This document shows, in pieces, positions 47,149-57,067 of a DNA stretch of 64,000 nucleotides (the stretch's first letter is position 1; each line of letters starts with the position of its first letter). Under the pieces are notes generated by a model that saw nothing but the letters and a program-made list of their open reading frames with translations, had not been told where the DNA came from and made no database searches. Source of the DNA: Terriglobales bacterium (GTDB taxonomy: Bacteria > Acidobacteriota > Terriglobia > Terriglobales > Acidobacteriaceae); NCBI GenBank assembly GCA_035308395.1, contig DATGGT010000123.1, positions 71,786-135,785 of the forward strand, in the 5' to 3' direction. The translations under genes were made by a program, and so were the position numbers.

Positions 47149-48546
47149 TTACCCGTGTCCCCCGGTGAGTTCGCGCACGATACTTCCGACAAACGCCTTG
47201 GCATCTCCAAATAACATGAGCGTGTTATCCAGGTAGTAAAGCGGGTTATCGATGCCGGCGAAGCCCGGGCTCATGCCGCGTTTGATGACCATGACGGTGC
47301 GGGCCTTGTCGACATCGAGGATCGGCATCCCGTAGATCGGGCTCGAGGCATCGGAACGGGCCGCCGGGTTGGTGACATCGTTTGCGCCGATTACAAGCGC
47401 GACATCGGTCTGCGGGAAGTCGCCGTTGATCTCATCCATCTCAATCAGGCGATCGTAGGGAATGTCGGATTCCGCGAGAAGCACATTCATGTGACCGGGC
47501 ATGCGTCCGGCAACCGGGTGAATGGCAAAGCGGACGTCCACTCCGCGCTTGGTGAGAGCGTCGTAGAGTTCGCGAACCTTGTGCTGCGCCTGCGCAACCG
47601 CCATGCCGTACCCAGGAACGACGATGACGCGGCTGGCCGCCGTGAGCAGTGCGGCGGCTTCTTCCGGCGTCGCGCTTTTAACAGGCTTCGCTTCTTCCCC
47701 GGAGGCAGCCGCGGTCTGCACTTGACCGAAGGCCCCGAACAAGACGTTGGTGAAGGAACGATTCATCGCCTTCGACATGATGATCGAGAGAATAAGACCC
47801 GACGATCCATCGAGAGCGCCAGCGATAATCAGCAACTTACTGTCGAGAACGAAGCCCATGGCCGCGGCCGACAAGCCCGCATAGCCATTCAACAACGAGA
47901 TGACGGTCGGCATGTCGGCGCCGCCGATCGGGATAATCAAGAGCACACCGAACGCCAGCGCGATCAGCACCATGAACGGAAACAACGAGCGCGCCCCCGG
48001 ATTCATGACCAGGGAGACGGCGATCACCAGCGCGGCGCCGAGGAGCAGGAAGTTAACGAGATTTTGTCCTTTATAGGTCAACGGCCGCTGCGGGAGGATC
48101 TCCTGCAATTTCCCGGCAGCCATCAAGCTCCCGGTAATCGTCAGTCCGCCAAGAATAACCTCTAGCGACAACACCGCCATCATGAAACGTGAGATGTCAG
48201 GTGTCCGCAGATAAAATTCGGCGGAGCCCACAAGCGTGACGCAGAGCGCTCCAAAAGCGTGACTGAGCGCGGTTCGCTGCGGCACTGCTGTCATCGCCAC
48301 TCGTCCAAGCGGAACGCCGATGATGGTACCAAGCACAAGCGCAATCGCGATCAGGCGGTAGTCGACGATTCCGTGATGCAGCAGGGTGCCGCAAATCGCC
48401 AGCAACATCCCTATTTCGCCCGCCCAGATACCGTGGCGAGCCGTGGTGGGCGAACTCATCCACTTCAGCGAGAGGATGAACAACACGCTGGCAATGAGAT
48501 AGAGAATCTCAATAACGATCTGACTTCCCGCAAGTTCTGGAGTCAT
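47149..48546 (-). CDS. pntB: NAD(P) transhydrogenase subunit beta
   Basis: Polytopic N-terminus plus dIII domain (VPGYGMAVAQAQH..., HPVAGRMPGHMNVLLAE, GANDVTNPAA). Confidence 0.9.
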   Translation of the reverse strand: MTPELAGSQIVIEILYLIASVLFILSLKWMSSPTTARHGIWAGEIGMLLAICGTLLHHGIVDYRLIAIALVLGTIIGVPLGRVAMTAVPQRTALSHAFGALCVTLVGSAEFYLRTPDISRFMMAVLSLEVILGGLTITGSLMAAGKLQEILPQRPLTYKGQNLVNFLLLGAALVIAVSLVMNPGARSLFPFMVLIALAFGVLLIIPIGGADMPTVISLLNGYAGLSAAAMGFVLDSKLLIIAGALDGSSGLILSIIMSKAMNRSFTNVLFGAFGQVQTAAASGEEAKPVKSATPEEAAALLTAASRVIVVPGYGMAVAQAQHKVRELYDALTKRGVDVRFAIHPVAGRMPGHMNVLLAESDIPYDRLIEMDEINGDFPQTDVALVIGANDVTNPAARSDASSPIYGMPILDVDKARTVMVIKRGMSPGFAGIDNPLYYLDNTLMLFGDAKAFVGSIVRELTGGHG

Positions 48547-48860
48547 TATTTCGCCGCCGTTTTGGCCGCGGGGCGGCTTGATTTGAACATCTTCAACATA
48601 CGATCTGTAATCAGGAAGCCGCCGACGATGTTGCTTGTAGCGGCGACCACCGCAATGAATCCAAAGACAGCTGAGAGCGTGGTCTTATGCTCGCCGACGA
48701 GTATGATCGCGCCGACCACCGCGATCGCATCCAAAGCATTGGTCAGCGACATCAACGGAGTATGCAGCAGCGGCGAAACCCGCCGGATTACTTCAAATCC
48801 GATGAATCCAGCGAGCACAAATATAAAAAGTGCGTTGATCAGATTCGAACTGCTATTCAT
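48546..48860 (-). CDS. pntAB: NAD(P) transhydrogenase subunit alpha, membrane part 2
   Basis: 104-aa three-helix protein: FVLAGFIGFEVIRRVSPLLHTPLMSLTNA. Its stop overlaps the pntB ATG by 1 nt. Confidence 0.85.
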   Translation of the reverse strand: MNSSSNLINALFIFVLAGFIGFEVIRRVSPLLHTPLMSLTNALDAIAVVGAIILVGEHKTTLSAVFGFIAVVAATSNIVGGFLITDRMLKMFKSSRPAAKTAAK

Positions 48861-48902
48861 CTTCCCTCTTTCCTAAGTCCGATCACCCTGAAGTCTGTTC
48901 GC

Positions 48903-50075
48903 TCAGCTTTGATTGACCAGTGCCGGCAAGGCAAGGAATTCGCGGACCCGAGCCTGCACGATCTCTCCTCCGCGAGTCAGCAGAGTCTCGCGAACAATTT
49001 CGTCTTCGAGATGGAGATTCAACTTTTGATCTTTGATCAAGTGAGTCAGAAACGCGGTGATGTTGCGCGCATACATCATGCTCGAGTGATAGGGCACGCC
49101 AGACGCCAGGTTGACGGCTCCGATTATCGTCACGCCGTGCTTGACTACGGTCTTGCCGGCTTCGGTGATCTCGCAGTTCCCTCCACGCTCAGCAGCTAGA
49201 TCGACGATTACCGAGCCGTGGCTCATTCCCTTGACCATGTCTTCCGTCACAAGGACTGGCGACTTCTTTCCGGGAATCACAGCCGCCGTGATGACAACGT
49301 CGCTTTCTTGTACAGCTTTTCCGAGCAATTCGCGCTGCCGGCGGTAGAAGTCTTCGTCCTGTGCGCGAGCGTATCCGCGCGCATCCTGCGCATCTTTGGC
49401 CTCGATGGGCAGTTCGACAAAACGGGCGCCGAGGCTCTGCACTTGTTCCTTGGCTGCCGGCCTCACGTCATAGGCGGAGATCACCGAGCCAAGGCGGCGA
49501 GAGGTCGCGATGGCCTGCAGGCCGGCGACGCCGCAGCCAATCACAAACACGCGAGCGGGAGTCACGGTCCCGGCCGCGGTCGTGAGCATGGGGAAGATGC
49601 GTGGGCTGTTGTCGGCCGCCATCAACACCGCTTTATATCCGCTGGCGGTTGCCATGGAAGAAAGGGCATCCATGCTCTGCGCCCGAGTCGTGCGCGGCAT
49701 CAACTCCACCGAAAATGAGGTGACGCCGGCGGCCGCAATCTGCTCGAGAACTTCCTTCAGCCCGAAGGGTCGCAGAAAACCAACCAGCATCTGATCGCGG
49801 CGGAACAACGGCACATCCTGCCTGCCAGTGAGATCATTGGCGCCGTAGCAGAGGACTTGCACAATCACGTCGGCAGCAGCAAATACAGCAGCGCGATCAG
49901 GACTGATCTTCGCGCCCTTGTCGGCATAGAGCGAGTCGATGTAGCCCGCCTCAACTCCAGCCCCTGATTGTATGTGGACTTCGAAACCAGCTTTGGTCAG
50001 CGTCGGGACGACGGACGGCACCAACGCAACCCGCCGTTCTCCCGGGTAGATCTCTTTCGGCACACCGATGATCAA
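48903..50075 (-). CDS. pntAA: NAD(P) transhydrogenase subunit alpha part 1 (dI); TTG start
   Basis: (M)IIGVPKEIYPGERRVALVP..., Rossmann VFVIGCGVAGLQAIATSRRLG. AGGGA lies upstream of TTG 50075. Confidence 0.9.
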   Translation of the reverse strand: MIIGVPKEIYPGERRVALVPSVVPTLTKAGFEVHIQSGAGVEAGYIDSLYADKGAKISPDRAAVFAAADVIVQVLCYGANDLTGRQDVPLFRRDQMLVGFLRPFGLKEVLEQIAAAGVTSFSVELMPRTTRAQSMDALSSMATASGYKAVLMAADNSPRIFPMLTTAAGTVTPARVFVIGCGVAGLQAIATSRRLGSVISAYDVRPAAKEQVQSLGARFVELPIEAKDAQDARGYARAQDEDFYRRQRELLGKAVQESDVVITAAVIPGKKSPVLVTEDMVKGMSHGSVIVDLAAERGGNCEITEAGKTVVKHGVTIIGAVNLASGVPYHSSMMYARNITAFLTHLIKDQKLNLHLEDEIVRETLLTRGGEIVQARVREFLALPALVNQS

Positions 50076-50107
50076 GTTTCCCTGCCTTTAGGTTTCCCTG
50101 TCTTTGG
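50076..50107. repeat. 16-bp tandem duplication abutting the pntAA start (includes the SD-like CAGGGAAAC on the minus strand)
   Basis: gtttccctgcctttag / gtttccctgtctttgg (14 of 16 identical). Confidence 0.85.
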
Positions 50108-50257
50108 TGCCATTGTGTTTTTGCAGCGCGGTCAAAACTTTTTCCCATCCGGAACTGGGACGAGCGAAAGCGCAGCAGGCTTCAACGAAGCGAGGATTCT
50201 AGTTGAGCGGACGGCCACCCGTAAATAGCTTTCGATTACGTTTCAGCGACATTTGGT

Positions 50258-50917
50258 TTATAGCGCCAGCTCGAGCCGTAAACCGTGATCATCGTCACTG
50301 TGAGCGGTGATCGCAGAAGCGTCTGGCACGATCCAATCGGCGCCGGCATCTTCAAGCTCGCGTCGCTCCATGGTCGTAAGAAAGGCAATCACGCGGGCAC
50401 CGGCGGCCTTGCCAGCCCGAACACCGGCAGGGGCATCTTCGACAACAATGCATTCAGAGGCAGCAAACCCGAGTTTCGCCGCCGCTTTCACGTACGGTTC
50501 AGGATCGGGCTTCCCAATCTTGACCTCACTGGAGGTCACCATCGTTTTTGGAACGGGCAGCCCTACTGCTCGGAGCCGCACCTCGGCCAGAGCTCGCGTG
50601 CACGACGTCGCAATCGTCCATCGGCCCCCGGGCAGCCTGTCGAGCAGTCTCTGCGCACCAGGCAGCAAAATCATGCCGTCGAGGTCTTCAATCTCCCGGC
50701 GCTCTACCTCGCGATCTTCGAGATCGACATCTGCGTTCGGCAGCAGTTCGCGGATCGTGGTTCGACTCGGACGTCCGTGCGCTAGGTTCACCACAGTCTC
50801 CGGATCGAAACCATGTTCCACAGCCCATCCGTGCCAAACGCGCGCCACCGCCGGAGTCGAATCGACAAGCACACCGTCCAGGTCAAAAAGAACAGCACTG
50901 CAACGAATCGTAGTCAT
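50258..50917 (-). CDS. HAD-IA family hydrolase (beta-phosphoglucomutase-like)
   Basis: AVLFDLDGVLVDS (DxDG motif I), IATSCTR, KPDPEPY, VVEDAPAGVRAG. Confidence 0.8.
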   Translation of the reverse strand: MTTIRCSAVLFDLDGVLVDSTPAVARVWHGWAVEHGFDPETVVNLAHGRPSRTTIRELLPNADVDLEDREVERREIEDLDGMILLPGAQRLLDRLPGGRWTIATSCTRALAEVRLRAVGLPVPKTMVTSSEVKIGKPDPEPYVKAAAKLGFAASECIVVEDAPAGVRAGKAAGARVIAFLTTMERRELEDAGADWIVPDASAITAHSDDDHGLRLELAL

Positions 50918-50979
50918 AGTTTCGAATTCAGAATTCAGGCTCCAGGAGTTTCAATCAAGTGAGGCAGCGAAGCACTCCT

Positions 50980-51009
50980 AAAACGACTTAGCCCTCCGGG
51001 AGGAGGGCT
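50980..51009 (-). terminator. Hairpin plus U-run downstream of tRNA-Lys
   Basis: AGCCCTCC-(4-nt loop)-GGAGGGCT, followed on the minus strand by AAGTCGTTTT. Confidence 0.5.
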
Positions 51010-51023
51010 GTTTCGCCAAATTT

Positions 51024-51099
51024 TGGTGAGCGCGGCAGGATTCGAACCTGCGACCCACGCCTTAAAAGGGCGTTGCTCTACCACCTGAGCTACGCGCCC
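51024..51099 (-). tRNA. tRNA-Lys (anticodon UUU), CCA encoded
   Basis: GGGCGCGTAGCTCAGGTGGTAGAGCAACGCCCTTTTAAGGCGTGGGTCGCAGGTTCGAATCCTGCCGCGCTCACCA. Folded by hand: 7-bp acceptor stem, anticodon loop CTTTTAA, TTCGAAT T-loop. Confidence 0.9.
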
Positions 51100-51198
51100 C
51101 ACCTGTTTCAATCTAACACATTTTCCCCGTGAATCTGGCCCGCCGCGCCCCAGGCAAACGGTGACGAGGCTAGCGCAGAAGCGATACACTCACCACTA

Positions 51199-51933
51199 AT
51201 GACGCGTTCTTTCCAGACAACAATCCATACAACAATTGCGGTCGCGATCATTTCGATTTTGTCTTCCGTCCCACTGGCCGCGGAAAAGAAGCAGTTGCCG
51301 TCCGTTCGCTGGACTGCCGGAGCCCCGGGTTGCACCTTCGAACGAACCGACGATGGCCATGATCGCTGGACAATGACCGAGCGCGACCTGAGTGTCGCCC
51401 TCGTCGTCGATTCTCAGGAATTGGCAAAGAGCCGCCACCGCTTCTATCACCTTCTCGGCGCATATGTGAGCGCGACCTACACCGGACAAGGCAAGTTTGA
51501 ATTTCCCGCAGATGTTCGGATCGACTTCGTCCGTCATCACGACGTCCTCGAGGCCTACATCGATCCGACCGAACTCACTACCAAATTACAGAACGACGTA
51601 GATACGTTTGTCTTCGATGGCGAACGCCGAATCAAGAAGGATCCGAAAATCGCCGACGAACAAACCACACGCATGCGCGAGTACCAAAAAGCGGCAGCAG
51701 AGTTCATCGAATTCGTAACCACGCAGGGCCTCGACCCGAACACCGTCATGCTGACTCCGGGCAATCCCGAAGATCACGGCTGGGTTTTCTTCGAAACCAA
51801 GAACAAATGGATCGGCCCCTGGAAAGAACATGAAGACTTCATCATCAGCGTGTGGATGAAAGACAAAATCTGGCAGTTCCCCATTTCTCTTCCGGTCGAA
51901 GGGGATCTGATTCTGCGCAAGCCGCCGGAATAG
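51199..51933 (+). CDS. Secreted hypothetical protein
   Basis: Signal-like TIAVAIISILSSVPLAAEKK. Protein-like composition, no family recognised. Confidence 0.55.
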   Translation: MTRSFQTTIHTTIAVAIISILSSVPLAAEKKQLPSVRWTAGAPGCTFERTDDGHDRWTMTERDLSVALVVDSQELAKSRHRFYHLLGAYVSATYTGQGKFEFPADVRIDFVRHHDVLEAYIDPTELTTKLQNDVDTFVFDGERRIKKDPKIADEQTTRMREYQKAAAEFIEFVTTQGLDPNTVMLTPGNPEDHGWVFFETKNKWIGPWKEHEDFIISVWMKDKIWQFPISLPVEGDLILRKPPE

Positions 51934-52006
51934 TCATCTCCATTCACCAGCAGCCGGAGCCATTCACAAGAAACGTGTTAGAGTTTCGTGCTTGCCACTA
52001 ATCGCC

Positions 52007-52180
52007 ATGGAGAGCGCTCCAAACCCGGCCACAGAAGCCAAACAGCCTGCCGCTGCGTTCTATTGCCCGGTCTGTGCCATCGAAGTCAACGATCCGCTAA
52101 CATGCGGCGATTGCTCGGCTGTCATCTGCCGCCGTTGTGGAACGCCGCTCGAATCCTCAGATGAACTCGGCATGGGATGA
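52007..52180 (+). CDS. Small zinc-ribbon-like Cys-rich protein, translationally coupled to the permease
   Basis: MESAPNPATEAKQPAAAFYCPVCAIEVNDPLTCGDCSAVICRRCGTPLESSDELGMG. Its stop TGA overlaps the permease ATG (ATGA). Confidence 0.45.
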   Translation: MESAPNPATEAKQPAAAFYCPVCAIEVNDPLTCGDCSAVICRRCGTPLESSDELGMG

Positions 52181-52212
52181 ATCTCGAACGAACGATGAAT
52201 CCCGAACGACCA
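52177..52212 (+). repeat. 18-bp tandem duplication of the permease start region (two ATGAATC...CGAACGA units)
   Basis: atgaatctcgaacgaacg / atgaatcccgaacgacca (15 of 18 identical), encoding MNLERT-MNPERP. Confidence 0.85.
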
Positions 52213-53673
52213 ACGACCATCGACCAACGACCAGCATCCGATCAAAAGCCGAGCCTCGTCCGTGGCCTCAGTCTGCTCGATTCCGTTCTTCTGCTCGTGA
52301 GCGGAATCATCGGCTCTTCAATTTTTCTGACCGCAAAAGACATCGCCGGCCCCCTGCCTAATCCAAGTTTGTTCTTTCTCGTCTGGATTCTCGGCGGAGT
52401 CATCTCGCTCTGCGCCTGCGTCGCCTTCGCCGAACTCGGTTCCATGTTTCCCGACTCCGGCGGTCAATATATTTATCTGCGCGAAGCGTATGGCGATCTG
52501 GTCGCATTTCTCTACGGTTGGATGCTCTTCGCTGTCGCCAATGGCGGCACGATCGCGGCTCTCTCCGTCGCCTCGGCCGCGTACATGGGCAACATCTTGC
52601 CCTGGATGTCGCAGCAGCACGTGATGGCAAACATCAATCTCCCATATCCCACACTTGAGAACGGTCACCTTGCCGAAGCGGTATTTACCATCGTCTTCAC
52701 TCGTGCACACGCCGTAGGACTCTTACTCATCGCCATCCTCACCTACGTCAACGTCTTCGGATTGCGTTGGGGCGCGCTCCTGCAAAATATCTCGACCTGG
52801 ACAAAATTCACCGCGATGGCAGTCTTTGTCGTCCTTGGATTTGCTATCGGCAAAGGACACTGGTCGAACTTCACAACGCAAACCTCCGGCGGCATAACCA
52901 TGGGACTATCTCCCGGCCAGTTAATCTCCGCTCTAGGCGTAGGACTCATCGCCGTGTTTTGGGCTTATGACGGATGGGTCTACATCACCTGGGTCGCCGG
53001 CGAAGTCAAAGATCCGCGCCGCAATGTGCCGCTCGCGATGGTTTTGGGTGTGCTCGCCGTGGGCGCGATTTATCTGGCGATGAACATGGTCTATGTTTAC
53101 GCCCTGCCGCTGACCGAAGTGGCCAAGTACGAAACCATTGCTCATGCCGCCGCATCTGCTTTGTTCTCGCCCGCCGCTGCAATCTGGCTGTCGGCCATGA
53201 TTGCAATCTCCTGTTTCAGCGCGGCGGCGGCCTGCACCTTGTCTGGATCGCGGGTCTATCTAGCGATGGCACAAGACGGCGTGTTCTTCCGGCGCATGGC
53301 CGTCATCCACCCCAAGTGGCGAACTCCGGCCTTCAGTCTGATTGGCCAAGGCATCTGGGCCGCGGCGCTCACACTGAGTGGACGCTACGATCAGCTTTAC
53401 ACCTACGTCATATTCGGCATGGTGCTGTCGTACACGCTCACCGTCATCGGCTTGTTCATCCTGCGCTGGAAGCGGCCTGACGTGCCCCGTCCCTATCGCT
53501 GCACTGGATACCCATGGCTCCCAGCAATCTACGTGATCGTAGGCGTTGCCTGGACCTTGAACACAATCATCGAACGGCCAGTCGAGGCGTTCTGGGGAGC
53601 CGCAATTGTAGCGGCCGGTGTTCCGGGATATCTGTTCTGGAAACGCAAGAACGCCACAAGACTCGCTGGCTAA
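52177..53673 (+). CDS. APC-superfamily amino acid permease
   Basis: Polytopic (about 12 TM). GLSLLDSVLLLVSGIIGSSIFL..., WAYDGWVYITWVAGEVKDPRRNVP. Confidence 0.85.
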   Translation: MNLERTMNPERPTTIDQRPASDQKPSLVRGLSLLDSVLLLVSGIIGSSIFLTAKDIAGPLPNPSLFFLVWILGGVISLCACVAFAELGSMFPDSGGQYIYLREAYGDLVAFLYGWMLFAVANGGTIAALSVASAAYMGNILPWMSQQHVMANINLPYPTLENGHLAEAVFTIVFTRAHAVGLLLIAILTYVNVFGLRWGALLQNISTWTKFTAMAVFVVLGFAIGKGHWSNFTTQTSGGITMGLSPGQLISALGVGLIAVFWAYDGWVYITWVAGEVKDPRRNVPLAMVLGVLAVGAIYLAMNMVYVYALPLTEVAKYETIAHAAASALFSPAAAIWLSAMIAISCFSAAAACTLSGSRVYLAMAQDGVFFRRMAVIHPKWRTPAFSLIGQGIWAAALTLSGRYDQLYTYVIFGMVLSYTLTVIGLFILRWKRPDVPRPYRCTGYPWLPAIYVIVGVAWTLNTIIERPVEAFWGAAIVAAGVPGYLFWKRKNATRLAG

Positions 53674-53760
53674 GCGTGCTGGCTGAGATTGATCTTGCCC
53701 ATATAGCGCCTCTCTGTAATCCTAGCGGCTCACTACTAGTAGGTGATGTGACACCGACGC

Positions 53761-55245
53761 GTGAGCGACCCAGGGCCAGAAACACGACCGCAATCCGGAC
53801 TTAGCCGCGATGCGATGCCCGCCGTGGGCCTGTCCATCGCCGAAGCAGCCGACCCCAACCGCCCGAAGCGCGTCATGGGCTTCCGCGACTTGCTGCTCTT
53901 CTACGTCGTCACCGGCATCAGCCTGCGATGGATCGCCACCGCCGCCGCGGCAGGCCCGAGTTCAATCGTCATCTGGATCGGCGCGTGGCTGGCTTTCTAC
54001 ACGCCACTTGCGCTATCGGTGATCGAACTTTCGTCGCGCTATCCGAACGAAGGCGGACTCTACGTTTGGTCGAAGCGGGCCTTCGGCGACTTCTCCGGAT
54101 TCATGGCCGCCTGGACTTACTGGACCAGCAACCTGCCCTACTTCCCAGCCGTGCTCTATTTCGCCGCCAGTAACGTGCTCTTTATTCGGCAAGCGCAATG
54201 GTCGCACCTCTCCGCGAATCGCACTTTCTACATTGTCTTTGCGCTGCTCACCCTCGGCGCCGCGACGCTGCTTAACATCGTCGGTCTCGACGTGGGCAAG
54301 TGGCTGCACAACGTCGGCGCGCTCGCCATGTGGATCCCCGTGCTGATCGTCGTCGGCATGGGCCTGCTCGCCTGGCACCGCTTCGGATCGGCCACGACTT
54401 TCTCCTTGCACACACTGATGCCAAGCATGCGGCTGAACGACATCATCTTCTGGTCGGTGCTGACCTTCGCCTTTGGAGGATGCGAAACCGCATCTTTTAT
54501 GGCCGAAGAAATCAAAGATGCGCGCCGCACCATCCCACTTGCGTTGTTTACCGCTGGACTGACGGTCGCGTTCTGCTACATCATCGGAACGATCTGCGTT
54601 CTGCTCGCGTTGCCGTCCTCGCAAGTGAACGATCTGCAAGGACTGGTGCAGGCAATCGCCAAAACTTCCGATCGCGTCGGTCTGCCATGGTTCCTTCCAG
54701 TCGCGGCTCTGCTGATCGCACTCAGCAACATCGGAGCTTCCGGCGCCTATCTGGCCGCAGTCGCGAGGCTCCCATTCGTAGCTGGTATCGACCGCTATCT
54801 GCCTGCTTCCTTCGGAGCGCTCCATCCTCGCTGGGGCACGCCCTGGGTCGCGCTGCTGACGCAAGCGATCATCGGCGCGATCTTCATTTTTCTCGGACAA
54901 GCCGGCACTTCGGTCAAGGGCGCCTATGACGTGCTCGTCAGCATGGGCGTGATCACATACTTCATCCCATACTTATATTTATTCGCATCGATGTTCAAAC
55001 TACAAAGCGAACCAGCCGGAGCAGAAATAATTCGCGTCCCCGGCGGGAAACCGGTTGCTTATGCGGTGTCGATTTTAGGATTTACCACGACGCTGTTCAC
55101 CATCGCGCTCTCCGTTCTTCCGCCGCCGGATGAACCGAACAAGCCCCTCGCCGTTCTGAAGATCGTCGGCGGCTGCGGCGTGCTGGTGTTGATTGGGGTG
55201 TGGTTGTATTGGTCGGGGAAACGCAGAGCGCAACGGGACAATTAG
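53761..55245 (+). CDS. APC-superfamily amino acid permease (second, distinct)
   Basis: GFRDLLLFYVVTGISLRWIATAA..., FAFGGCETASFMAEEIKDARRTIP. Start is GTG 53761 or ATG 53815. Confidence 0.85.
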   Translation: MSDPGPETRPQSGLSRDAMPAVGLSIAEAADPNRPKRVMGFRDLLLFYVVTGISLRWIATAAAAGPSSIVIWIGAWLAFYTPLALSVIELSSRYPNEGGLYVWSKRAFGDFSGFMAAWTYWTSNLPYFPAVLYFAASNVLFIRQAQWSHLSANRTFYIVFALLTLGAATLLNIVGLDVGKWLHNVGALAMWIPVLIVVGMGLLAWHRFGSATTFSLHTLMPSMRLNDIIFWSVLTFAFGGCETASFMAEEIKDARRTIPLALFTAGLTVAFCYIIGTICVLLALPSSQVNDLQGLVQAIAKTSDRVGLPWFLPVAALLIALSNIGASGAYLAAVARLPFVAGIDRYLPASFGALHPRWGTPWVALLTQAIIGAIFIFLGQAGTSVKGAYDVLVSMGVITYFIPYLYLFASMFKLQSEPAGAEIIRVPGGKPVAYAVSILGFTTTLFTIALSVLPPPDEPNKPLAVLKIVGGCGVLVLIGVWLYWSGKRRAQRDN

Positions 55246-55253
55246 ATCTCGCG

Positions 55254-55661
55254 CTAACTCAGCGTGGAAACTGGGAAAATCGACATTTTCTTTGCAAGAA
55301 TCCACCCAGACAAGCCAAGAGACGAAGACAAGACAAATGCCGTGATCCCGTGCTCGCTCATATACTGCGGGGCTGCTCTAAGATCTTCTGCCCAAGCTGG
55401 CTGGCCGGTCATGCGCCGCAATTCCGAGATCCCGCCGCCGTTTTCTTTTAGAAACTCGTCTGCCGAAACGTCAGCCACATCGAAGATAATGTTTCCAAAC
55501 GCGTCATTCTCGAAGTGATAGCCGTGAACTCCCTCGAAAAGCACATTCGTGAACTCGGTCGCTTTTTTCTCCGCGCGATGTTCGGTGCGGAGAGTGATCG
55601 TCCGCTTCTCGCAGTGAACCTCGTAAGAGACGAGTAGGTTGTCGTGTACGGACGAGATCAT
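55254..55661 (-). CDS. Hypothetical protein, co-operonic with the GcvT-like gene
   Basis: 135 aa, 3-nt gap after the GcvT-like stop. Protein-like composition, no family recognised. Confidence 0.55.
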   Translation of the reverse strand: MISSVHDNLLVSYEVHCEKRTITLRTEHRAEKKATEFTNVLFEGVHGYHFENDAFGNIIFDVADVSADEFLKENGGGISELRRMTGQPAWAEDLRAAPQYMSEHGITAFVLSSSLGLSGWILAKKMSIFPVSTLS

Positions 55662-55664
55662 TTT

Positions 55665-56873
55665 TTAAACCGGCGTCGCCGTCTTCCTCTTCGGATTAAA
55701 GAACGGCAACGGCACCACCGTAGCCGTCGTCTGCTTCCGCTGCGCTTCAATCGTCAATTCCATTTGCAGCTTAGTCCCCGGCTTGGAATACTCGGTTCCC
55801 ACACTCGCCAGCGCAATTAACTTCTTGAGCAGCGGAGAGAACGCCGTGGTCGTCGCTTTCCCGATATGTTTGTCGCCAGAATAAACCGGCACCGCCACGC
55901 GTGAAGCCTGACTGGGCGCGGCCGGAGACAGGCCAAATTTGTCGAACTGCTCTTCCACTTCCACCCAATCCACTTCGAGCCCTACCAACTGCCGCGCTAC
56001 GCCTTGTTTGTTCTCGCGCGCCAGAGCACGCTTGCCGATGAAGTTTTCTTTTTCCAGATGAACCATCTTGCCAAAACCCAGCTCATACGGCGAACACTTC
56101 TGCGACGGGATCAGCGCCTTCTTGGAACTCGTGTAATCCACCTCGATCAGCAGCAGGCCCGCTTCGACGCGCGATACATCGAGCGCCAGCATTCCTGCGG
56201 CGTGAATGTCGAACTGCTTGCCTTTTTCCATCAGCGCGTCCCAGACTTTGAGCCCGTCACTCCCGCCATTCGAAAGGGGTATCCATATCTCGTAACCGAG
56301 GTCCCCGGTGTATCCGGTTCGTGAAATGTCAACCGGCACGCCCGCAATCGTTCCGCTCGTCTTGCGGAAATATTTCAAGTTCGCGATATCGGCATCGGCG
56401 ACCGTCTTCAAAAGTTTCGCCGATGTCGGTCCCTGCAACGCCAGGGCTGCGGTCTGCTCGGAAATATCTTCGATCTCGACGTCCATGTTCAGGCCGTTTT
56501 GCCGGAACCAGCGCAGGCTCGGATCAGCGGCCGTCCATCGATATTTATTTTCCTCGAGTCGCGTGACGGTGCCGTCGTCGATCACCTTGCCGTCTTCATC
56601 GCACCAGCACGCGTAGATCACCTGCCCCACCGCGACCTTGTCGACATCCCGCGTGATCACGCGGTTCACTAGTTTCGTCGCGTCCTTGCCCGTGATCAAA
56701 TATTTGTAGAGCGGCGAAATATCAATCAAAGCGCACGCATTGCGGATCGCGTTGTACTCGTGCTCATGATGCACTTCGTAAACGCTGACGGTGTAGTATC
56801 CCGACCACTCGCGGTAATTCAGGCTCTGGCAGAGAGCGAAGGTTCTCTCGTGAAATGCAGTTCCAATGGGCAA
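55665..56873 (-). CDS. Aminomethyltransferase-family (GcvT-like) folate-binding protein
   Basis: EYNAIRNACALIDISPLYKYLITGKDATKLVNRVITRD..., GYTGDLGYEIW, plus C-terminal barrel. Confidence 0.8.
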   Translation of the reverse strand: MPIGTAFHERTFALCQSLNYREWSGYYTVSVYEVHHEHEYNAIRNACALIDISPLYKYLITGKDATKLVNRVITRDVDKVAVGQVIYACWCDEDGKVIDDGTVTRLEENKYRWTAADPSLRWFRQNGLNMDVEIEDISEQTAALALQGPTSAKLLKTVADADIANLKYFRKTSGTIAGVPVDISRTGYTGDLGYEIWIPLSNGGSDGLKVWDALMEKGKQFDIHAAGMLALDVSRVEAGLLLIEVDYTSSKKALIPSQKCSPYELGFGKMVHLEKENFIGKRALARENKQGVARQLVGLEVDWVEVEEQFDKFGLSPAAPSQASRVAVPVYSGDKHIGKATTTAFSPLLKKLIALASVGTEYSKPGTKLQMELTIEAQRKQTTATVVPLPFFNPKRKTATPV

Positions 56874-57067
56874 GGCGTCCTCGTTTTTTCAACAATCCCT
56901 GAAGCCGGATTATATGCACCGCAAGTTACCGCAGCAAGGGCCGAATCTGATTGACCAAGGGTCAGCGATCTCACATAAGTAGAGACAACATTGGACTTTC
57001 TCGATAGAATGGCGAGTCATATTCTGCAAGTTTTTCTTGGTTAGCCTGGGTCAATTCTGGATCAATT

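Noticed and set aside
50935-51189. 84-aa ORF overlapping the tRNA region
   Set aside because: It is fully explained by tRNA-Lys(UUU) at 51024..51099 and its terminator.
50918-51933. Integrated element at tRNA-Lys
   Set aside because: There is no integrase, no direct repeat of the tRNA 3' end and no compositional break that I could see. The flanking genes are ordinary (HAD hydrolase, secreted hypothetical).
56874-57067. Glycine riboswitch upstream of the GcvT-like gene
   Set aside because: No ACCGAAGG / GGAGAG-type conserved cores on the minus strand of this spacer.
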